DNA of 25,568 bases from assembly GCA_002269645.1 (NCBI GenBank), contig NIVC01000466.1, positions 1-25,568 on the forward strand, read 5' to 3'. Source of the stretch: Macrostomum lignano. Lineage: Eukaryota. Of the stretch, positions 1 to 9,900 are shown piece by piece (positions within the stretch are counted from its first letter, which is position 1; each line of letters starts with the position of its first letter). The notes beneath the pieces are model-generated. The model saw nothing but the letters and a program-made list of their open reading frames with translations, searched no databases and was not told the DNA's origin. A program made the translations under genes and the position numbers.

Positions 1-788
1 AACCTAATGATAAAGCAAATTAATTAATCTCCTATGTTGTCAATTAAAATTCAATATAGATTTTTTATAAATAATGTATTTAAAAATAAGTATTTTTTTG
101 AAGCAAGTATATTAAGTGAAGTTGTAAAGATATGAAATTAAGAAATTAAAAGTAATTTTTAAGTGTTTTTAAATACTAATTTGGTAAATAAAACTCTAAA
201 AGCAATATATTCTCCATGTCTCAATTGAGTCAATTCTTGTTATAGAACTCTTGGTCAGCTATCTGCCAAGAAAGAATTATATATAAAAACTCCAATCAAC
301 CCCATGCCTTTATTAAAGTTTAGCTATAGAAAATCAACCTCTATAAAGAACTTTCTTTCCCTGAAACCCACCATTCTCCATGCCCTATTGCCTTAGTCTG
401 CTTTAAGCTAGGTATAAGTGGGTTAAAGCTAACAAAAAATGAAGCTTGAATTTTAAATCCATACTATTAAAACCTATGTAATGACTAATTTATGATCCTC
501 CTATCAAAATAGAAACTATTTTATATATTAAAGTTCAAGAAGTCTTGTAACTTTATGAACAGATAGAATAAAACCATTGTCATTGAATAAATAAGCAAAC
601 CTATAGCATTTGTTAAAGTTTTTACTAATATGGGTATTTGCATATAGTGTGTTTATCACTTTTTTTTAATATTATGGAACATATAAACTATAGTGTAGAA
701 TAACAATGACAACTTTGTATATATACTCCTTTTTGTTTTGAATATTACTTTTAATATTAAAATTATAAAATTAACACATTTGTTTTAG

Positions 789-912
789 AACTCGAAGCCT
801 ACTTGGAGAAACACTTAGTGCCAATGGATTGTTCCTAACACCAAATTGGTTTCCACAATTTTGCCTGGTGCTAGAAGAATTCAGAGAATTTTATTTTTTT
901 AATTCAGAGGAG
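789..912 (+). CDS. Exon: N-terminal half of the split PH domain (TRSLLGETLSANGLFLTPNWFPQFCLVLEEFREFYFFNSEE)
   Basis: Acceptor tgttttag|A (phase 2), open frame, donor GAG|gtaaga (phase 0). W-x-P-x-FC resembles SynGAP WNPRFCII, and the acidic end resembles DEDE. Confidence 0.75.
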
Positions 913-3900
913 GTAAGAAATGCCTTTTTATATCAGTCATTCCCTAAGTTATTTATTTGCATTGTTTTATATTGCATGAAATATTTATTTTAGTTAGCTT
1001 ATTATAATTACAGTTTTTTACGAGTTATTAAGACAACCTATTTACTGAGTGCTTATAAATATATTGTTGTCTCTGTTGTTAACTGCTGTTTTATTTTGCA
1101 ATTGCATTTTTGCACAAGTTTAGTGCCTTTTTGTAGCATGGGAAGTTTTTGTAGCATAATACAAGTATTTCAATGCCAATCAATCGGTACATATTCTTTG
1201 ATTTTTAGCTGGACATGCATAGTAAAGACACCCAAAGTTATACTGGCTCTCTCATTTTTTAACAAAACTCTGTGGCCATATTTTGCTGTTCTTCTCAGTC
1301 TGTTGTCTCTATTGTCTATGGTCCAACTTATCTTTCTTCTATATAGGACTTCAACTTTGAATGTCCATTCTCTAACTTTAAATGAGAAAAGTTATTAAAA
1401 ATCACTTTTTGCAGTCAATTTTCCTTTTGGGGTTTTCAAAAGTGGACACAGAGACTATGTGTCTTCGCCTAGTCAAAGTAGTCTATGGCCCAAACCAAAA
1501 TGGCTTGAAGGGTGCGCAATCAGTTTTCCACCTTTAGCTTTTTGGCCTTGTGGAGTTTAAACCTTCTCTATCGGAGAGCAGACAACGCGTCAATCAATTC
1601 GTCAGAGAAGAAGGGCTCTTTGTGGTTTTACTTAAGTTTAAAGCTTGTTTGTAACCTGACCAAAGCCTCACAGAACAGCATCTGCACTGGTATATTTCCG
1701 CACTCTAACGAGTGCGTCAATGGCAAAAAGCACTCGTGCTTTTGCCATTGACGCACGAGTCAGAGTGTGGAAATTGCAGTGTTGTTGGATTCATTCTTGC
1801 ACATAGTAAGAGTGGTAGGAAGCAGGGGTCAAGGCGGAGCCCCCACTAATACGAGACCATAGACAATTAAACCGAGACCAGTAATACGAGACCATAGACA
1901 CTTAAACCAAAGATAGTAAATGAACTAAATATACTATATAATTAATGTTCCGTTTCCTTTATAGTGCAAGATTCGCACATCATTTCTGCACTGATTTTCT
2001 GCTTGATTTCAATGGCGTGTTTACCATAGACAGTTGCATTCCGGCACGCGAACGAGTGCGGGAACTGATTGTTCTGACTATGGATTTGAGGGCAGGAATG
2101 AGCGAATCCGAGGGCTGAAAGCGAAGAAGCGAGGATTCAGCTCATTCCTGCCTGAAAATCCATAGTCAGAACTATGTTGTTTCACGATTGGCCATAGACT
2201 AAAACAGCGGGCACGGAATCTGCCGTCTTGCCCGCGAAATCGTGAGACAACGACATTCCTGCGCGCTGAATCCGACAACACTGATTGCGCCTTTAAGCCA
2301 TTTTGGTTTGGGCCATAGACTACTTTGACTTGGCGAAGCCACAGAGTCTCTGTGTCCACTTTTGAAAGCCACAAGTCATTTGCGAATGCTGGAGTCACGC
2401 AAAAAGTACTTCTAGATAATATAGAATCTGTGAAATATACTAATGTGCAAGTAAAGACTACCTGCAGCGGTCTGTAAATAGTTTAGTGTCTCGGTTTTAG
2501 TTCAATTTATAATTATATAGGCTAAACAGTTTTTCTAAGTTCTAATTCTGGCTACAATCTTCTTGTATGCTTGCACGAGCGTATGTGCATGCGTTTAACA
2601 GATGCTTTCTACTTTCCTGTACCATTTTGTACACAGATGAACGAATATATGGTTAATCTATTTATATATATATAGCCATTTAGCTCTTTAGCTTCTACAC
2701 TTTTTAACTTACCATGAATTTATTAGACTATATAAAACTATACCAGACTGCGTAAATGCATAATAAAAGAATATGCTATTAAATGATGTTAAATGCTTTC
2801 ATTTCTATATAGGCATTGCGCTTGACTGCTCCTTACCCTTAGTAAGTCTTGATTGAATATCGGCGTATGAAATTTATGCTTTGACAATGGTAAGTAGAAA
2901 AACATTTAAGTCTGAAACCAATCAACTTTTGCAGGAGGGCTTCGGGCAACCCTAGCGCAACGCCTTTCGCTCGATACTGTCCCACAACCAGCCAGACAGT
3001 GCTGAGGCAATTCTCCCCATTCAGCTGACTTCTGAGCGCACAGGCTAAGCCAATACTGTACGCAGGCACGCACTCATGCACACGCTCACACAGGGTGTAC
3101 AGCGGCCCCGGCTTTCCAATTGTCAGGCATGTACAGTCTCTGTGCCTACCCAGCTGAGAGGAGAGGAAAGAGGAGAGAGTGGAGGAGCTGAGAGGAGAGA
3201 TGAGACAGAAGAGTGGAGGAGCTGAGAGAAGAAGAGAGAGGAGAGTGGAGGAGCTGAGAGGAGAGTGGAGAGGAGAGACGAGACGAGACAGAAGAGAGGG
3301 GAGAGGAGAGAGTGGAGGAGCTGAGAGAAGATAGTAGAGTGGAGAAGCTGAGAGGAGAGATGAGACAGAAGAGTGGAGGAGCTGAGAGAAGAAGAGAGAG
3401 GAGAGTGGAGGAGCTGAGAGGAGAGGAAAGAGGAGAGAGTGGAGGAGCTGAGAGAAGATAGTAGAGTGGAGGAGCTGAGAGGAGAGTGGAGAGGAGAGAC
3501 GAGACGAGACAAAAGAGAGGGGAGAGGAGAGAGTGGAGGAGCTGAGAGAAGATAGTAGAGTGGAGAAGCTGAGAGGAGAGATGAGACAGAAGAGTGGAGG
3601 AGCTGAGAGAAGATAGTAGAGTGGAGAAGCTGAGAGGAGAGATGAGACAGAAGAGTGGAGGAGCTGAGAGAAGAAGAGAGAGGAGAGTGGAGGAGCTGAG
3701 AGAAGAGGAAAGAGGAGAGTGGAGGAGCTGAGAGGAGAGTGGAGAGGAGAGATGAAACAGAAGAGAGGGGAGAGAAGAGAGTGGAGGAGCTGAGAGAAGA
3801 GGAGAGTGGAGGAGCTGAGAGAAGAGGAGAGTGGAGGAGCTGAGAGAAGATAGTAGATTGGAGGAGCTGAGAGGAGAGAGGAGAGAGGAGACAGAAGAGA

Positions 3901-6900
3901 GGGGAGAGGAGAAGCAGGAGAGAAGTTTCAAAGGCCCGCAAGCCGGAGTTTGACGCCCCATGCCTTAGGCCAACTTTCATCTTTCATGCACACAAGCTCC
4001 AAAAAATGTGATGGGACACGGAATTGAACCAGCTAGAGGGTCATGGTGTGAGATTCAGACGCGTTTACCGCTGAGCTGCTCTGCCCCATCTCGTATGTAC
4101 TACTTACTAAGTAGCTTTCTTATAACTTGAAAAGTTTTTGGTTTTATGTCCTGTCTGGAATTTTCAGATGTTTTTTTTTCAGAAATCTAGGATATGGAAT
4201 TTCAATTAACTGCGTGTGTGACTAATATGCATGTATTCAATATAATGGGTAGCGCGATCAACTAACTAATATAATTGGAAAACTTCCTTTTAAACTAAAA
4301 TAGTATGTTTCATTATTATTATTAATACAATTGCCTCATTAATAGTTCTAAAGAATTCGCTCTGTTAATTAGGGCAGTTCTTTTATATGTAAAGATTAAA
4401 ATTGAAATGAAATTACGATATGGTGCTCACTAAAGTACTCTGTGCTCTCTATAAGCTTATGAAATTAATGTCCTTTTTCTATAGATTCTTATCATTCCGT
4501 ATTTGCACGCACTTTTAATAATACAATACAGAAATTTAAAACATTTTTTATAACAGTATCGAGATATTCTAAAATTTTGTGTTGAAAAAACGGTGACCTT
4601 TTTCATGTAGTTGTCCGTTATTTCAGACTACTGTTAGTAGCAGTAGTAGAATTTAAGCACAACAGCATGCTAGATTTTACATAATTTTGATTTGTATTTT
4701 TTCGAAAAGTACTAAATTTTTAGCTCATACACTCATACTCGTACTTACAGTAGTTATGTTGATTGACGGATTAATATTTTTTTTAAAATATATGACTTGC
4801 ATTGATTCACTCTGAGCTGAACTGCTAGATTACAGTATTTCAATTGTGGACCTAGTTTTAGGTTTGAGATAGCTTCTTCACCACTTAATATTTCAGCAGT
4901 GTCCTTTGTGTCTTAGTGTCCATCTTTATGTCTTAGTGTCCATCTTCATTTGTCTTAGTGTCCATCTCCATCTGTCTTAGTGTCCATCTTCATTTGTCTT
5001 AGTGTCCATCTTCATGTTTCTTAGTGTCCATCTTCATTTGTCTTAGTCTCCACCTTCATGTTTCTTAGTGTCCATCTCTATGTGTCTTAGTGTCTATCTT
5101 TGTGAGTCCTTGTATCCAACTTTGTACATCATTTGTGTGTCCTAGTGTCCATCTCCTTGTGTCTTAGCATATCTTAAGCAAAGAAAGAAGTACACTAAGT
5201 AACGCTTAAAGTAGACACTAAGACACTAAGATGGACAAAAGACACCAAGACAGACACAAAGACTTAAACATTAAAACACAGTCAGATAGCTACTAAGACT
5301 TTAGTCTGTAAAGAGCATGAAAAAACGCAGCCCTTATGACTGAAATACGTACAGCTTGTGTGTAGCTGCAACATTTGCCACCAACATTTTTTATTGACTA
5401 AATCTCTATACCCAAGTGTCGCTATATTATACAATGCTAATGCCATACCCTATGAGCCAATTTAATAAAGTAATCCTATCACAAATAGATATAGTTAGCT
5501 GAGTATCAAGTATCAAAACGAAGGCTCTAACTATAACCCGTAACCTTAGCCGTTTCCATAACCCATTACTTCACAGGAGGCTGATATATTTCTATCTAGT
5601 CAACAGCCCCATTGGAGTCTAGCTTTGCTAACTAGAATTGATTCGCCTGGCGGATTGCAAGACTTTCAAAAATTCTGGAGCAAAGTCGAAGAGAGACCGG
5701 ATCTGTGCGGTGAGTAAGGCCTACTTAAAGTTTCGTATGATTGAATAGGGGATTTCCTTTAATCGCCTTTTTTAATTAGGTTCCCAACTCATGGAAGGTC
5801 ATGGAAGGGTTATAGTTCAGGATTTAAGGTCATGATTAGGGTTCAGGGTCATGGTTAGAGTTTAGGGTTATGATTAGGGTTTAGGTTCACAATTAGGGTT
5901 TAGGGTCATGGTAACGGTTTAAGGTCATGGTTAGGATTTAGGATCATCAGTAAGGATCATGGTTAGGGCTTGCAATTATAGGTAAGGGTTATGGTTAGGG
6001 TTTAGGATCATAAGAAGGGGTCATGGTTAGGGTTTAAGATCATAAGTAAGAGTCATGCTTAAGGTTGAGGGTCATCGTAGGGTTATGGTATAGGGTCAAT
6101 TTTAAGGTCTTGGTAGGGTTAGGGCTGGTTTAGTCAAGTATTTACATCAAAGTCTAGCTAGAAAGTCGAGCGCGTGACTGCGGGCCAGATGAGAGAAGAG
6201 AGGAGAGGAAATAGAGATGAGATAGAGACAAGAGAGCTAAGTAACCAAAAACATAGAGCGTTGAAATTAATCCAGAATTGTTTAAAGAAACGTGGTTTAA
6301 AAAATGTTTTTATCCTTTTAAAGATGTTTAAACATTAAAAAATCTTATAAATACGGTGCTGTAAACAACCAGATAAAAATCTGGTATTAAGAATTTCTTG
6401 TCTAGTATGTTAGCTGTCAAAACCTGTGCAAACACGCGGTCGCGGACACACAGACTCTCAATACACCTGATGATGGCGTATTCTGAAAGTTTTAGCTGAG
6501 TAACAAAAAAGCAGACAATTCTACTTAGACTGTGTACATCGTTAGTTGTAATGTTTAGTATATAGCATTATTATTAATTCTAGGCCTATTCCATTTTTGG
6601 CCTATTATAAAAATGGCCTATGTGTCGTGCCACGGTATCTCGGGGTGCGCGTACACAACTCCCGAGCCTAAAGATATCGCCGTGGAGAGAATGATTTTTT
6701 TCGGGTTACATGCACATCGAGCTTGCTTTAATATCTACGAATGTGTGGTGTATTATGCGTGTGTCTGTGTGCGTCTGTGTGGGTAAAATGCATAGAGAAA
6801 AGAAGAGAGAAAGGCATGAAGTAAGTGAGGTGAGTTTGAACGCATGGGAACCCCCTACCCCCCCCTCCCCTACCCTCTGTGTCGGGCTTATTGCAGTTAT

Positions 6901-9900
6901 GTTGTGTATGAAATGCATATAGCCAGCCCTACTTGGCTAAACTAAATGCAGTGCTTTTGTTGCTCTGGTCAGGGGGGGGGGGGTTACGGTATGTGTTGGC
7001 TAACTGCAGTCTTGAGTCTCTTCTCTCCTAATTCTCTACATAAACGTATATTTATAGTGTCTGATATATCTGGCTAAGCCAAGTTTTCTCATTTTTTCTC
7101 ATATATTTCTTATACTTTAAAAAACATGCCAATTGTGTAAAAAAAAAATTTATTTAATAACGAGTTTGTAATATACGAAATTCAGTAAGAGATCTCAGCA
7201 GTTAAAAAAAGATATTGAAAAGTTTTCTCTGCTAACAAAGTGGCGCAGATATGTCCAGCCCTTTTAAGAGGTTGGCTTCTTTGCGAAGATCAGACACTCG
7301 AATACAGCGATACAGAGAGGCTACGGTTGACACTGGGCAGTCTGATTTTCTTTACTTTCCTAGTAAGGCTAATTTTTGTTGTTGCTAATCAATTGCCCTC
7401 TCAGATTGTCTGTATTTTTAGCAATTACCCTCTCAGACTGTGCAGTTCTAGCAATTGCCCTCTCAGACTGTGTGTAGTTCTAGCAATTGCCCTCTCAGAT
7501 TGTGTGTATTTTTAGCAATTACCCTCTCAGACTGTGTAGTTCTAGCAATTGCCCTCTCAGATTGTCTGTATTTTTAGCAATTACCCTCTCAGACTGTGCA
7601 GTTCTAGCAATTGCCCTCTCAGATTGTGTGTAGTTCTAGCAATTGCCCTCTCAGATTGTGTGTATTTTTAGCAATTACCCTCTCAGACTGTGCAGTTCTA
7701 GCAATTGCCCTCTCAGACTGTGTGTAGTTCTAGCAATTGCCCTCTCAGATTGTGTGTATTTTTAGCAATTACCCTCTCAGACTGTGTAGTTCTAGCAATT
7801 GCCCTCTCAGATTGTCTGTATTTTTAGCAATTACCCTCTCAGACTGTGCAGTTCTAGCAATTGCCCTCTCAGATTGTGTGTAGTTCTAGCAATTGCCCTT
7901 TCAGATTGTGTGTATTTTTAGCAATTACCCTCTCAGACTGTGCAGTTCTAGCAATTGCCCTCTCAGACTGTGTGTAGTTCTAGCAATTGCCCTCTCAGAT
8001 TGTGTGTATTTTTAGCAATTACCCTCTCAGACTGTGTAGTTCTAGCAATTGCCCTCTCAGATTGTGTGTATTTTTAGCAATTACCCTCTCAGACTGTGTA
8101 GTTCTAGCAATTGCCCTCTCAGATTGTGTGTATTTTTAGCAATTACCCTCTCAGACTGTGTAGTTCTAGCAATTGCCCTCTCAGATTGTGTGTAGTTCTA
8201 GCAATTGCCCTCTCAGACTGTGTGTAGTTCTAGCAATTGCCCTCTCAGATTGTGTGTATTTTTAGCAATTACCCTCTCAGACTGTGTAGTTCTAGCAATT
8301 GCCCTCTCAGATTGTGTGTATTTTTAGCAATTACCCTCTCAGACTGTGTAGTTCTAGCAATTGCCCTCTCAGATTGTGTGTATTTTTAGCAATTACCCTC
8401 TCAGACTGTGTAGTTCTAGCAATTGCCCTCTCAGATTGTGTGTAGTTCTAGCAATTGCCCTCTCAGATGGTGTGTAGTTCTAGCAATTGCCCTCTCAGAT
8501 TGTCTGTATTTTTAGCAATTACCCTCTCAGACTGTGTGCAGTTCTAGCAATTGCCCTCTCAGATTGCCCTCTCAGATTGTGTGTAGTTCTAGCAATTGCC
8601 CTCTCAGATTGTGTGTAGTTCTAGCAATTGCCCTCTCAGATTGTGTGTAGCTCTAGCAATTGCCCTCTCAGATTGTGTGTAGTTCTAGCAATTGCCCTCT
8701 CAGATTGTGTGTAGCTCTAGCAATTGCCCTCTCAGATTGTGTGTAGTTCTAGCAATTGCCCTCTCAGATTGTGTGTAGTTCTAGCAATTGCCCTCTCAGA
8801 TTGTGTGTAGCTCTAGCAATTGCCCTCTCAGATTGTGTGTAATTAACTTATATTAAAAATAGATAATCTAATGCAGGTGCTCCAATGCTTTTAATCCATC
8901 CAGATTCCTCATATGCGTCATCAGCTGATCTGACATCCGGCCAGTCGGACCCCAGCTGGCACCGAGGCAGCATGGCTCAGCTGCATCAGTCAAATCGCAA
9001 CTCGGCAATTTTAACTGGTCAAAATTATCAGCCTCAGCAGCAGCAGCAGCAAAGTGCTGGGGCTAAGATTAAGGTGAGGCTTTTAATTATTATAACTGAC
9101 ACCACAGTAATATATTATAGCACCTGATAGGTCAAAAATAGGTCTAGGTCTATCGGTATTGTACCTCAGGTTGGTCGTTGGCGTTCACTCAATACTAACT
9201 ATATATCTGTGCACCTTCAGTGAACCTCAGCCACCAACACTTGAATGAACCTCAACCACCAACCCTTGAGTGAACCTCAACCACCAACCCTTGAGTGAAC
9301 CTCAACCAACCCTTGAGTAAACCTCAACTACCAAATCTTCAGTGAACTTCAACCACTAATCTTCAGTGAACTTCAACCACTAATCTTCAGTGAACCTCAA
9401 CCACTAATCTTCAGTGAACTTCAACCACTAATCTTCAGTGAACTTCAACCACTAATCTTCAGTGAACCTCAACCACTAATCTTCAGTGAACTTCAACCAC
9501 TAATCTTCAGTGAACCTCAACCACTAATCTTCAGTGAACCTCAACCACTAATCTTCAGTGAACTTCAACCACTAATCTTCAGTGAACCTCAACCACTAAT
9601 CTTCAGTGAACCTCAACCACTAATCTTCAGTGAACTTCAACCACTAATCTTCAGTGAACCTCAACCACTAATCTTCAGTGAACTTCAACCACTAATCTTC
9701 AGTGAACCTCAACCACTAATCTTCAGTGAACCTCAACAATCAATCATTGAGTAAACCTCAACAATCAATCATGGATTGAACCTCAACAATCAATCATGGA
9801 TTGAACCTCAACAATCAATCATTGATTGAACCTCAACAATCAATCATTGAGTAAACCTCAACAATCAATCATTGAGTAAACCTCAACAATCAATCATTGA

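Noticed and set aside
893-918. 5-nt microexon AGGAG after ttttttttaattcag
   Set aside because: The upstream sequence is open in frame and encodes the PH-like NWFPQFCLV strand, so a 789-912 exon is the better explanation.
1096-1398. 100-aa hydrophobic ORF
   Set aside because: T-rich intronic composition, TTG start, no motif.
3123-3980. Minus-strand L/S-rich ORFs of 271-285 aa
   Set aside because: Translation of a polypyrimidine minisatellite strand.
4013-4087. Functional tRNA gene
   Set aside because: A and B boxes are present, but the acceptor and anticodon stems do not pair convincingly by eye; tRNAscan-SE would settle it.
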